In this document: positions 9,784-19,267 of the stretch, in pieces
Numbering within the stretch: the stretch's first letter is position 1
How the letters are laid out: every line of letters begins with the position of its first letter
NCBI GenBank assembly: GCA_964510635.1
Contig: CAZEBS010000004.1
Span: forward strand, 1,813 to 65,812
DNA length: 64,000 nt
Source: an uncultured Candidatus Bathyarchaeia archaeon
Lineage (GTDB): Archaea > Thermoproteota > Bathyarchaeia > Bathyarchaeales > Bathyarchaeaceae
Direction: 5' to 3'
Translations under genes and position numbers: made by a program
Notes under the pieces: generated by a model
Databases searched by the model: none
What the model was told of the DNA's origin: nothing
The model's input: the letters and a program-made list of their open reading frames with translations, nothing else

Positions 9784-9813
9784 GACGCGAAAGACTCGTT
9801 GGTCCAAAACAGT

Positions 9814-10176
9814 TTAGGGCTGCTTTTTTAGCCAGTCTGCAACCATCTTGAACAGGTTGCTGGTGCTCATGTCGATTACTGGAACCATGATTCGTTCTTT
9901 TGTCTCTATTATTGGTTGGTACTTTGGCATGAGGGCGTAACTTACGAATGCCCAGTAGACCTTTCTTTCTTCGATAAGAGCCTTGGCGGCTACTTCGGTT
10001 GATGTGGGTAGTGGATAGTAGATGAAGACGACTCCATTTGCCCAGTAGACTCCTGTTGTTTTTCCTCCCACTGCAATGCTTACGAAACGTGCCAAATCGT
10101 CGACGCCATTGAAGCGGGTGTGCTCTAGAATAACGATTTCTTTGAAGGCTTCGCCTTTAATTGTTGGACCGCCCAT
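9814..10176 (-). CDS. hypothetical protein
   Basis: 120-aa ORF with no recognised motif. It is the only long ORF in this interval. Confidence 0.45.
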   Translation of the reverse strand: MGGPTIKGEAFKEIVILEHTRFNGVDDLARFVSIAVGGKTTGVYWANGVVFIYYPLPTSTEVAAKALIEERKVYWAFVSYALMPKYQPIIETKERIMVPVIDMSTSNLFKMVADWLKKQP

Positions 10177-10300
10177 ACATCAACCTTCCCAAACCAGATT
10201 CTCGTTAGACAAGATAATAAGAATTTGGGTAAACACAAACCATCGATTTTGCTTGCCTCTACATGCGATTAGAATTTCAAGGTGAATAAATCAAATTCTG

Positions 10301-11182
10301 TTATGCTGGAGCAGCTTTGGCAGGGATTTTCAGCCTTTCTTCGATTTCTTTTGCGAAGATTCTGGCTGCCTCGGAACGGTACTTGTCGGTTATGACCATT
10401 TTTGGGTTGCATCGCTCAACATATTGAAGCAGTTCATTAAAGTCAGAGTGGTCACTCAAGGCAACCACATACTCGTTTGCTCCCACTCTTCGGCAGGGTT
10501 TCCTGAATTCCCAGCCGCTTGCACGAATCTTCAAAGCTTCGCTATCGACCCTTTTCCGAGAATACGAGTGATAGAAGACAACGGATGGCTCATTTTGGGT
10601 CAGCATCGATTGAGCTTCTTCGTCCTCGAAGGGGAGGAGCTGTTTGCCCAGTTTCATTCCATGCTTTTCACAAACCTTTGAAACTTGGTGAATCTTTTCT
10701 GGAACAATAAAGGGCGTTTTAATTTTTGCCTCGTACAGTATCCGCATCATCTTCTGGAGTTTACCGTGATACCCAAAAACGTAGACTGGTCCCCGCTTCA
10801 GCCCCTGCTCCACTAAAGAAATGAGGATGCCCTCAGTCATCATTCCGAAGGGTCTAACTCTGACTGGGTCCCCGTACGTAGCCTCCATAACCAGTATATC
10901 TGCTTCAACGCGGGGAGTTCGGGAATACCTGAAGTCACTGGTGTATAGTATCCGCGTCTGCTCCTTATCCTCCACCAGAGCCTGAGCCGTTCCCAGTATA
11001 TGATCCGCGTAATGCAAGGTCAGGGTCTCATCCCCATACGCGAACTCTTCGCCATAATCAAGGGTCTTCACAGTTCCCTTTGACAGAAAGCGGGGACCCT
11101 TCAGCGCGTCTATCATGTCCTTCGTGGCTGGCGTCATGATTGTTACTTCACAGTTCTTCAGGCTCTTTCCCAGACCCACCAT
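10301..11182 (-). CDS. MBL-fold / beta-CASP-like exonuclease (COG1236-like); true N-terminus uncertain
   Basis: C-terminal DHSDFNELLQYVERCNPKMVITDK resembles the beta-CASP motif C region. The frame stays open upstream to 11329 and encodes ...VVTHAHADH immediately before the first ATG, so the metal-binding HxHxDH motif lies outside the ATG-defined ORF. Confidence 0.65.
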   Translation of the reverse strand: MVGLGKSLKNCEVTIMTPATKDMIDALKGPRFLSKGTVKTLDYGEEFAYGDETLTLHYADHILGTAQALVEDKEQTRILYTSDFRYSRTPRVEADILVMEATYGDPVRVRPFGMMTEGILISLVEQGLKRGPVYVFGYHGKLQKMMRILYEAKIKTPFIVPEKIHQVSKVCEKHGMKLGKQLLPFEDEEAQSMLTQNEPSVVFYHSYSRKRVDSEALKIRASGWEFRKPCRRVGANEYVVALSDHSDFNELLQYVERCNPKMVITDKYRSEAARIFAKEIEERLKIPAKAAPA

Positions 11183-11463
11183 GTGGTCTGCGTGAGCGTG
11201 AGTGACAACTCTGATGGGTCTAGCTTCATTGTAGGCGTCGCAGGCAACATGTTGTCCCAGAAGAACTGCACCTAAATTGGTTACATTAGCTTTTGACTGA
11301 ATACGCGACGCCTCCAGAAGTTCAGTTACTCAATTGAATGAAACTGTTTCCTGCGGAAGCTATTAAGCTTCTTGAAATGTTTGTGCCTATCTTTCTGGCT
11401 TCAGCTAACTTGGGTTGTATGTTGCAAAAAAATTGCTTCTAACAAAGCCGTAGATTAGTCTGT

Positions 11464-12129
11464 TTACTCGTCTCTTGGGCTCAGCATGCAGTCAACCATT
11501 TTTGGGCAGACCAGGCACTGGGAAGGGATTGGAGTGTCTGGGGGGCGGTTAGCCAAATATCCGAACTCGTCGGGGCAACCTGAGGATTCGCCCTCTTTTG
11601 TTTCGGTCTCTTCACTTTTTGGTGCTTCTTCCGGCTCTTCAGGTTCTTCAGGCTCTTCCTTGACAAGAGGTTCCATTTCTGGCGCCTCTTCAGCTTCTTC
11701 TACGACTAGGGGTTCGGGTGTAGGCTCCTCTTTCGTTACCATTTCTTCTTCTATGGCAACGGGTTCAGTTGGAAGCTCCTCAACTTCTTCCTTCTCTTCT
11801 GTCAGGGCGTCGCCAGATCCAGGAATCAAAGATTTAACTCTCTCAAAGAAACTGGGACCGGCCTTAACCTTTTCTAGAACAGGTGGCTCGGATTTTGTGG
11901 AGGTTACAGGTTCCTCTATCTCATCCAGAACTTCTTCATCTTCAACAGTAGGCTCTGGAACTTCCTCTTTTTCAATCTGCGGTTCTGGTGTTAGGTCGGT
12001 GAAACAGTATGGGCAGGCTTCGTATTCTTTTGGCGGCGTGGCTGAAAGGATAGACAATAGAATGGGCTCTTGGATTTCTCTTCTGCATTTTGGATTTGGA
12101 CAAATAACCACTACAGTTTCTTCTGACAA
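11464..12129 (-). CDS. zinc-ribbon protein with a long acidic E/P-rich low-complexity centre
   Basis: N-terminal CPNPKC...CPYC. Central (E/P/V/T)n including EEPEEPEEPEEAP. C-terminal CPDEFGYL...CLVCPKMVDC. Confidence 0.6.
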   Translation of the reverse strand: MSEETVVVICPNPKCRREIQEPILLSILSATPPKEYEACPYCFTDLTPEPQIEKEEVPEPTVEDEEVLDEIEEPVTSTKSEPPVLEKVKAGPSFFERVKSLIPGSGDALTEEKEEVEELPTEPVAIEEEMVTKEEPTPEPLVVEEAEEAPEMEPLVKEEPEEPEEPEEAPKSEETETKEGESSGCPDEFGYLANRPPDTPIPSQCLVCPKMVDCMLSPRDE

Positions 12130-12431
12130 TCTTGATGCATCTCGACGTTTCTTTGATAGATGTTCCTCAGTTCAATATATTTAGCTTTAATGAATCCAAA
12201 ATCTAGACACACAATCTCCCGAAAAAACCGTCTTCTGCTCATTTTACCCTTTTTCGGGGATTATTTTCTAGTGTGAAAAACATGGTTTTCTGCATGTCCA
12301 GCATTACTTTGTAAACAAGAAAAAACACGCTGGATAATCTCTGATTAAACTTAAATCAGGGGTAGCATCTAGTTTCTGTTTAAGGACTTGGTCATCAATT
12401 AATGCTTGAAAGGTTTGTTTATGGGTGAAGT

Positions 12432-13889
12432 GTGATGGTTTTGCGGGTTTTCAACACGATGAGCGGACAGATGGAAGAGTTTAAGCCATTAAAGGCTAAG
12501 CAGGTTGGGGTGTATGTCTGTGGACCCACAGTTTATGATTGGGCTCATCTGGGACACGCCAGAACATACATCGCCTTTGATGTTATTGTTCGCTGGCTGG
12601 AGTTTAAGGGCTACTCAGTCTTCTATGTCCAGAACATCACTGATGTGGGTCATCTAACAATGGACACGGCTGAGGACAAGATTGGGAAAAGGGCGAAGGA
12701 AAGGAGTGTTGAGCCTATGCAGCTGGTGGAGCTTTACATGCGAGAATACTTCCGTGACCTTGACGCTCTTGGAGTGAAACGTCCAGACATTTCTCCCAGA
12801 GCAACAGGACACCTAATCGAAATGATTGAGGCAATACAGACTCTGATACAGAAGGGATACGCCTATGAGGTTAACGGAAACGTGTTCTTTGACGTGACCA
12901 AACTGGACGACTACGGGAAACTCTCAAAAATCAAACTTGAAGCCATGCTTGAGGGCTCCAGATTTGAGGTTCATCCAGACAAGAGGAACGCTAGAGACTT
13001 TGCCCTTTGGAAACGGGCTGAACCTGACACGGTCCTGAAGTGGTGGAGTCCATGGGGCACAGGTTTTCCGGGCTGGCACATCGAATGCGCGATTATGGGC
13101 TTGAAGTATCTGGGAAAACAGTTTGACATCCACGGCGGAGCGCGGGACCTGATTTTTCCTCATCATGAAAACGAGATTGCCCAGAGCGAAGCCGTGACAG
13201 GAGAGAAACCTTTTGTCAAGTACTGGCTACACACTGGTTTTCTGAAGATTAATGGAGAGAAGATGGCGAAGTCGTTAGGCAACTTCATTACAGTCCGAGA
13301 GGCGCTGAAGAAGTATGATGCTGAGGCTATCAGGCTCTTTGTTTTGTCCACTCATTACCGAAGCGAGATAGATTTCACTGACGAGCGTCTCAAGGGCGCT
13401 GAAACCAGCTTGAATAGGCTCTATAACAGTTTAGAGGCGTTGGAAGATACAAAGAAAAATTCAGTTACGCGAGAGCCAAATGAAGAGGAACAGTTGTTCG
13501 GAGACAACGTAAAGAAGCTTAGAAACGAATTCGTGGACGCTATGGATGAAGATTTCAACACTCCACGAGCCTTAGCTGCCCTCTTTGAGATGTCGAAAGA
13601 GATTAACAGGTTTCTGGATGAACATAAGCAAGTTAGCGCCAAGATTCTAGAAACAGCCTGTGACGACTTTTCAGATTTAGGCAAAGCACTGGGTCTCTTC
13701 CAACAGGAGAAAACCAAAGAGATTGGTGGGCAGTTGGCTGATGATTTGGTGCAGCTTCTGTTTGATTTAAGGGAGCAGCTACGCAAGAAGGGTGAATACG
13801 GTTTGTCGGATGAGATCAGGTCAAAACTGAAAGATTTAGGTTTGGTAATAGAAGACACAGCTGAGGGACCCAAGTGGAAGCTGCCCTAA
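12432..13889 (+). CDS. cysS: cysteine--tRNA ligase
   Basis: [17 protein letters not shown] (HIGH region), [20 protein letters not shown] and KMAKSLGNF (KMSKS). GTG at 12432 or ATG at 12435. Confidence 0.95.
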   Translation: MMVLRVFNTMSGQMEEFKPLKAKQVGVYVCGPTVYDWAHLGHARTYIAFDVIVRWLEFKGYSVFYVQNITDVGHLTMDTAEDKIGKRAKERSVEPMQLVELYMREYFRDLDALGVKRPDISPRATGHLIEMIEAIQTLIQKGYAYEVNGNVFFDVTKLDDYGKLSKIKLEAMLEGSRFEVHPDKRNARDFALWKRAEPDTVLKWWSPWGTGFPGWHIECAIMGLKYLGKQFDIHGGARDLIFPHHENEIAQSEAVTGEKPFVKYWLHTGFLKINGEKMAKSLGNFITVREALKKYDAEAIRLFVLSTHYRSEIDFTDERLKGAETSLNRLYNSLEALEDTKKNSVTREPNEEEQLFGDNVKKLRNEFVDAMDEDFNTPRALAALFEMSKEINRFLDEHKQVSAKILETACDDFSDLGKALGLFQQEKTKEIGGQLADDLVQLLFDLREQLRKKGEYGLSDEIRSKLKDLGLVIEDTAEGPKWKLP

Positions 13890-15067
13890 ACAAAGTCTAT
13901 GATACAGTTATCATTCGCTTCAGCGGAGAACTGTGGCTCAAAAAAGTTTGGACCAGAAAACAGTACGAGAAGCGCCTTGCCAGAAACCTGAAGCAAACAC
14001 TGAAGCATCACCAAGTTCCCTACAGTGAGCTGGTTCGTAGACACGGTAGATTCTACCTCAAAACAAGTTCGGCAGTGGATGCAGCGCAGACGCTGACAAG
14101 AGTTTTTGGAATTTCTTCGGTTTCTCCTGCGAGTGAAGTCTCCCCTAACCTTGATGAAGTGATCGAGAGGAGCCTGTTCTTGGCAGGGAGTGTGTTAAAG
14201 GAGGGAGACCGTTTTGCTGTCAGATGCAAACGTGTGGGAAAACAAGACTACTCTAGCTCTGATGTCCGCAAGCTGCTGGGTCAATGTGTCCTAGAAGAGT
14301 TTGGTGAGAAACTCGGTTTAAGTGTTGATTTGGGCGCTCCTGACGTTGTTTTGGGCGTTGAGGTTAGGGACGAGCAAGCTTTCGTTTATTCGCAAACAAT
14401 TGATGCTGTTGGCGGAATGCCCTTGGGTGTGCAGCCGAAGCTTGTTGGTTTGCTTAGTGGGGGAATAGATTCGGCGGTTGGGCTGTGGCTGGTTATGAAG
14501 CGGGGCAGCCCAGTTATTCCAGTCTATTTTGACAACAGTCCCTTCACGGATGATGCTGCGACAGAGAGAGCTTTGAATGTTGCCAAAGTGCTGTTTGAGT
14601 GGGCAGTTGGGTTCCCCAGAAAAGTTTACGTTGTTCAGCACGGCGAAAACCTAAAACAAATCATGAAAACCCACAGAAAATACTCGTGTCTACTCTGTAA
14701 ACGTATGATGTATCGGGTTGCTGAGCGGCTGGCAGAACAGTACAGGGCAGAGGGAATCGTCACTGGAGAAGCCATAGGCGAGCAAGCTAGCCAAACCTTA
14801 ACCAACCTGAAGGTGCTCAGTGCCTCAGTCAAGGAGTATCCTGTTCATAGACCCCTGCTGGGTTTTGACAAAGCAGAAACCGAGGCTTTAGCAAGGAAGA
14901 TTGGAACGTACAAAGTTTCGATCACTAAAGCGGCATCTTGCGGCGCAGTTCCCTATCAGCCATCCACAAAAGCGAAACTAGAAGACGTAATTAGGGCTGA
15001 GGAGAAGCTGGATATAGAATCGATGGTTGAAAGGTCCCTAGAGTCCATCAAAATCATTGAACTGTAA
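13874..15067 (+). CDS. thiI: tRNA sulfurtransferase ThiI (THUMP + PP-loop ATPase)
   Basis: IRFSGELWLK at the N-terminus and an LLSGGIDSAV PP-loop. GTG start overlaps the cysS 3' end by 16 nt. Confidence 0.85.
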   Translation: MEAALNKVYDTVIIRFSGELWLKKVWTRKQYEKRLARNLKQTLKHHQVPYSELVRRHGRFYLKTSSAVDAAQTLTRVFGISSVSPASEVSPNLDEVIERSLFLAGSVLKEGDRFAVRCKRVGKQDYSSSDVRKLLGQCVLEEFGEKLGLSVDLGAPDVVLGVEVRDEQAFVYSQTIDAVGGMPLGVQPKLVGLLSGGIDSAVGLWLVMKRGSPVIPVYFDNSPFTDDAATERALNVAKVLFEWAVGFPRKVYVVQHGENLKQIMKTHRKYSCLLCKRMMYRVAERLAEQYRAEGIVTGEAIGEQASQTLTNLKVLSASVKEYPVHRPLLGFDKAETEALARKIGTYKVSITKAASCGAVPYQPSTKAKLEDVIRAEEKLDIESMVERSLESIKIIEL

Positions 15068-15069
15068 GG

Positions 15070-15504
15070 TTAGGCTGCCGCCTCTTTTTCCTTAAGCCAT
15101 TGCTCTGTTCCAATTTCCCGTCTTCTCTTGAGGTCGTTTTGTCGCGCAACAAGAGCCTTCTCTGCCTCTTCATCGCTTAAATTTGGGTCACGTAAATCCA
15201 GGAACGTTGCACAGGGAAGTTCACTGCATAAACCGCAATGTTCTAGCTGTTTGGTGTTAACGCAACAGTCGTATAACGGGCAGGATTCAACGTTCATTAT
15301 GGCTGTCCAGAAGGGCTTTCCTTTCTGCAGTCCACAGCCGCCACATTTTTCGCCTAAATGTTCGCAGGCTCCGCAAAATAGCCCGCACGCTGCTGCCAAA
15401 TTTTTGTTGACCAAGTCTTTCACCAGTTTGTTTAATATAACTGGTTCTTCTACATAGAAAAGCACTACGGTGGGATATAGTATGGAGTTTAAGGATTGCA
15501 TCAA
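15070..15504 (-). CDS. DUF3795-type Cys-rich protein
   Basis: CGLFCGACEHLGEKCGGCG...CPLYDCC...HCGLCSELPC. The real start is probably an internal GTG/TTG (VKDLVNKNL...), since the 15504 start overlaps the divergent gene. Confidence 0.65.
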   Translation of the reverse strand: MMQSLNSILYPTVVLFYVEEPVILNKLVKDLVNKNLAAACGLFCGACEHLGEKCGGCGLQKGKPFWTAIMNVESCPLYDCCVNTKQLEHCGLCSELPCATFLDLRDPNLSDEEAEKALVARQNDLKRRREIGTEQWLKEKEAAA

Positions 15505-15907
15505 GTTTGCTAACGAAAACCCGTCTAGTTACATAGCAACTGTTGAAGGTGATCAGCCACGTGTAAGAGGTTTCTGGATGTGGTTTGCCGATGAAACTGG
15601 CTTCTATTATCATACAGGAGCCACAAAATCTGTGTATAGTCAGCTGAAAAAGAATCCTAAGATTGAAGTATGCTTCTATCATGCGGCGGATGATGGCGGG
15701 GTTATGATGAGAGTAGCGGGGAAGGCTGAATTCTTGGATGACGTGAAATTGAGGGGGAGGCTGGTTGAAGAGCGGCAATTCTTGAAGGCGTGGGGCTTTA
15801 ATGCCGAAAGCACTGACTTAGTTATTTTCAGGATTGCTAAAGGAGAAGCTTACTTCTGGACCATGAAAACCAACTTTGAGCCTAAGAAAGCAATCAAGTT
15901 TGGATGA
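15482..15907 (+). CDS. pyridoxamine 5'-phosphate oxidase-family (FMN-binding split barrel) protein
   Basis: MEFKDCIKFANENPSSYIATVEGDQPRVRGF...IEVCFY...MRVAGKAEF matches the PNPOx-like fold pattern. The track also allows GTG at 15470. Confidence 0.7.
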   Translation: MEFKDCIKFANENPSSYIATVEGDQPRVRGFWMWFADETGFYYHTGATKSVYSQLKKNPKIEVCFYHAADDGGVMMRVAGKAEFLDDVKLRGRLVEERQFLKAWGFNAESTDLVIFRIAKGEAYFWTMKTNFEPKKAIKFG

Positions 15908-15983
15908 ACTGAAAACCTGAAAACGGACAAAACATGACCAAAGTCTTTTATTATTTTAAGAAAAACTGTTTTTTAATTGGGGT

Positions 15984-16193
15984 TTACGCGGTTACGCAGA
16001 CGGTCCACAAGGTTTCTATTCGTCCGCAGACGTCACACTTGTATTGCTTCATGTAGCCGCATTCTTTGTCTACGTTCATTTCTGAATTACAGTCAGAGCA
16101 TCTCATTCTTCCTTTTTCACCTCCAACTGTTTCCATTTCTGTTTTTTGCATGATTATGACAGACATATCGGAGGATATATAGGTATAGCACAT
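15984..16193 (-). CDS. small zinc-ribbon protein
   Basis: CSDC...17 aa...CDVC pair. TATATA-rich sequence at 16200-16225 suggests the start is the internal ATG at 16151 (MQKTEMETV...). Confidence 0.4.
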   Translation of the reverse strand: MCYTYISSDMSVIIMQKTEMETVGGEKGRMRCSDCNSEMNVDKECGYMKQYKCDVCGRIETLWTVCVTA

Positions 16194-16306
16194 AGTCTAT
16201 ATAGAATATATATGTTTTATGAAATATTACGACACAGTCAGAACAGAAGATGGAGTAATCGGTTCTAAAACCAATCTGGTAGCAGCATGATCACTGTTCA
16301 AGCGGC

Positions 16307-16744
16307 TCAAACGAAGTTCAGCTTGAAAGTTATGGGTACATCTTCTCCCCAAGACTGTCTAAGCGGGCATATCTTCTGGGCAATCTGGTAAACCCTGTCG
16401 GCTTTTTTCTGTTCACGTTCATCATTGTTTAGTAGACCGATGTTCATGACGAAGTGTATGTGCGTGAAAATCAGCTTCTCTAGACCCTCAACATTCATTG
16501 TGACGGCGGCTTTTGTTTGAAGACTCTTAAGCCCCAACTTAGAATTACCAGCAACCAATAGAAAAATTGTGTTCATGCACGAAGCTAAAGACGCTGCAAA
16601 AACCTCTTCAGGAACACAGTATCCTGGTTTTCCACCGAACTCCGGAGGAGGACTAACAGTAGCTATCGTTTTGTCGCCAATTGTCAAATTGCATTCTGTT
16701 GCGCCAGCCCAAGTGGCAGCACCTTCAAAAACCATTTCAGGCAT
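16307..16744 (-). CDS. OsmC/Ohr-family peroxiredoxin-like protein
   Basis: PPPEFGGKPGYCVPEEVFAASLASCMNT and the C-terminal KICPL motif are typical of the OsmC family. Confidence 0.85.
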   Translation of the reverse strand: MPEMVFEGAATWAGATECNLTIGDKTIATVSPPPEFGGKPGYCVPEEVFAASLASCMNTIFLLVAGNSKLGLKSLQTKAAVTMNVEGLEKLIFTHIHFVMNIGLLNNDEREQKKADRVYQIAQKICPLRQSWGEDVPITFKLNFV

Positions 16745-16868
16745 AAAATATTCCTCACAAAAACAGGGCTAACCGAGCAATTTAATGCTTACGAAAATTC
16801 AACAAATCACTAAATTTTACGATGCGGCAAACTCCTTTAAGCTGATTCTCAACATTAATTGTCTGGTT

Positions 16869-17768
16869 ATGTCAGCGGTTGATATTGCTGTGCAAGTGTT
16901 TCGTGAGCTTGAGCCTGAGGACCTTCAGCTACTGCAAGCCATCGAGCAGCAGATGAGAAATTACGAGTATGCTCCATCTGAGGCTATCCAAAAGCAGTCA
17001 GAGCTTCCGCCCTCAGAAATTGACTATCGGGTTCCCATTCTCATAAAAAAGGGTTTACTGCAAGGTAGGCGGGGACAATACACTGGCTACAGCCTCACAA
17101 CAGCAGGATATGACACACTAGCCATAAACGCTCTAGTGCAAGCAAACGTAATCGAGGCTTTCGGCAAACCCTTAGGCGTAGGAAAAGAATCAGACGTCTA
17201 CGACGCCCTTACACCAGACAAACAGCAGGTAGCACTCAAATTCCATCGCCTAGGACGAACCAGCTTCAAAAAAACCAAACTCAAACGAAACTACACAATC
17301 AAATACAGTTATACTCCGGACTGGCACCAGCAGTCCAGAATCGCAGCCAAAAAAGAGTACAAAACCCTGAAACTTCTTTATCCTAAAGGAGTGGCGGTTC
17401 CTGAGCCAATCAAACAGACCCGCCACTTGTTGGTCATGGGCATGATAGAAGGCGTAGAACTTTACCACCACCAGAAGCTGTCAGACCCTCAAGCAGTCTA
17501 TAACGAGATATTAGTTAACGTAAGACGAGCTTACAGAGACGCCCACATTATCCACGGTGACCTCAGCCCCTTCAACATTATTCTCCAGCAGAACCAACAC
17601 ATACTCATAATAGATTGGCCCCAAAGCGTCACCACAAAACACCCAAACGCAGAGGAACTTCTAGAAAGAGACCTACGAAATGTCCTAACATTTTTCCAAA
17701 GAAAACATGGACTGAAAAACAGGCTAAAAGATGACTTGGCGTATGTTACAGAGGATTCCAAGAACTAA
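16869..17768 (+). CDS. rio2: RIO-type serine/threonine kinase, Rio2 (N-terminal wHTH + RIO domain)
   Basis: LLQAIEQQMRNYEYAP...YTGYSLTTAGYDTLAINAL (wHTH), GVGKESDVY, LKFHRLGRTSF and IIHGDLSPFNI. ATG at 16869 is preferred over the track start at 16785. Confidence 0.85.
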   Translation: MSAVDIAVQVFRELEPEDLQLLQAIEQQMRNYEYAPSEAIQKQSELPPSEIDYRVPILIKKGLLQGRRGQYTGYSLTTAGYDTLAINALVQANVIEAFGKPLGVGKESDVYDALTPDKQQVALKFHRLGRTSFKKTKLKRNYTIKYSYTPDWHQQSRIAAKKEYKTLKLLYPKGVAVPEPIKQTRHLLVMGMIEGVELYHHQKLSDPQAVYNEILVNVRRAYRDAHIIHGDLSPFNIILQQNQHILIIDWPQSVTTKHPNAEELLERDLRNVLTFFQRKHGLKNRLKDDLAYVTEDSKN

Positions 17769-17810
17769 GTTGACGGCACGAGACTGAACGGTAAACCCTG
17801 AAAACATAGC

Positions 17811-18071
17811 TTATTTTTCGCGGGGCACGTCTGTGCAGATGTACAATATGTTGTTTCCTCTGAGGAGGATGCTTCCGTAGTTGGCAACCAACTTATCTTT
17901 AACTCGTTCCGTGGCTTTCTCCAGCAACAAGTTCATGTGGCTGTCACAGCGGACCATTGTGCCTCTGTATTCAACTCCGTTCTTCAGGACAATGGCTACA
18001 TAGTTGTTCAACTGTTTTGTTAAAGTATTCAAAGGCTTTCTACTTGGCTCCAATGAATCACCAGCAACCAA
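17811..18071 (-). CDS. Sm-like (LSm) archaeal protein
   Basis: VAIVLKNGVEYRGTMVRCDSHMNLLL (Sm1) and ILLRGNNILYI (Sm2). Confidence 0.85.
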   Translation of the reverse strand: MVAGDSLEPSRKPLNTLTKQLNNYVAIVLKNGVEYRGTMVRCDSHMNLLLEKATERVKDKLVANYGSILLRGNNILYICTDVPREK

Positions 18072-18124
18072 CTACTAACAAATATCACGGTTTATAAAAG
18101 TTATGAACAACCAACAATCAACGG

Positions 18125-18877
18125 TCATCCTAGAATCTCTCTGAAAGTTTCATCGACAAGCTGAGGGTCCAATTTTTCAAGGGCTTCTGTGCTGAGGACA
18201 TCATACCAGAAAGCATTTGAAACGTAGCCATAGACTGGTTTGCCGACTTTCAGAAGATGAGGGAATACTTCTCCCATCAGATCAAGTTCTGGTTTTTCTC
18301 CCTTCAAAAGTTTCATCTGTTCAAGGAGTTCTCCCTTCAAAACAGAAATTCCTATGCTCACGGGTTTCTTTAATGTGGGCTTCTCTTCAAATCCAAGGAC
18401 TTTTCCTTCAAGGTCCAGATTTGCTAGCCCAACGCGGACTTGGAATCCTGAAGATAATGCAACAGTTCCCCATGCCTTTTTGTCTCCGTGATACTGTAAC
18501 AGGCTTGTGAGGTTCATGTTTGTTATGATGTCACCATAATACACAAGCAAAGTTTCCACGTTATCCAGTTCACCCTTATTGTAGGCAGTCAATACGGCGC
18601 CGCCAGTTCCCTTTGAATTGGGATCATCCTCCACGTAGGAGATTTTCACGCCGAACCGGGAACCATCCCCGAAGTAGTTCATGATTTGTTCTGCTTTGTA
18701 GTTGACCAGAAAAACCAGCTCTTTGATTCCATGAAACTTGAACAGTTGAACCACGTACTCTAGAAGCGGCTTCTGCTTCACTCCCACAGGAACCATAGTT
18801 TTCTGAATATAATGTGTAAGGGGACGAAGCCTAGTGCCTTTTCCGCCACAAAGAACAATGCCCTTAACTTTGCTCAT
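18125..18877 (-). CDS. sugar-phosphate nucleotidyltransferase (NDP-sugar pyrophosphorylase)
   Basis: MSKVKGIVLCGGKGTRLRPLT signature at the internal ATG 18877. The track start at 18955 adds an implausible leader. Confidence 0.85.
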   Translation of the reverse strand: MSKVKGIVLCGGKGTRLRPLTHYIQKTMVPVGVKQKPLLEYVVQLFKFHGIKELVFLVNYKAEQIMNYFGDGSRFGVKISYVEDDPNSKGTGGAVLTAYNKGELDNVETLLVYYGDIITNMNLTSLLQYHGDKKAWGTVALSSGFQVRVGLANLDLEGKVLGFEEKPTLKKPVSIGISVLKGELLEQMKLLKGEKPELDLMGEVFPHLLKVGKPVYGYVSNAFWYDVLSTEALEKLDPQLVDETFREILG

Positions 18878-18929
18878 TTGAATCACTACCAAAATATGAA
18901 AGAAAAGGAAGAGAATAATTGTTTCCCTT

Positions 18930-19205
18930 TTATTCTGTTGTGCTTTCGGATTCAATCTCTTCTATTGGTCGCGGAGGCGGAGTGGTACCCATTGTCCAAC
19001 CGATCCACGCACCTATAGCTAAGACTGCGACAAAAGCGATCAACACAGGGATTGCAATAAGCCAGAATTGAACAGCAGATGTTTCTCCCAAGTCTATTAT
19101 TGGCTTAATGACTGGTTCGTATGCAAAGAGTGCAACAATGTATCCGACGATGACTATAGCACAGACCAGAAAGATTAACCATCCAATTGCTTGATCTTTA
19201 CTCAT
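18930..19205 (-). CDS. small two-TM membrane protein
   Basis: 91 aa with two hydrophobic helices (IGWLIFLVCAIVIVGYIVALF and FWLIAIPVLIAFVAVLAIGAWIGW) and an acidic tail. Confidence 0.5.
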   Translation of the reverse strand: MSKDQAIGWLIFLVCAIVIVGYIVALFAYEPVIKPIIDLGETSAVQFWLIAIPVLIAFVAVLAIGAWIGWTMGTTPPPRPIEEIESESTTE

Positions 19206-19267
19206 ATCTTATTCACCACAATGTAGCCATCTCTATCTAATACCCTATTATAAGCTTTATTGTTAAA

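Noticed and set aside
11486-12184. 232-aa Ser/Gly-rich ORF on the plus strand
   Set aside because: It is the exact antisense of the E/P-rich acidic gene, since GAA/GAG/CCA codons read backwards give TTC/CTC/TGG-type Ser/Gly strings. It is low-complexity, has no start context, and the minus-strand frame carries the zinc-ribbon motifs.
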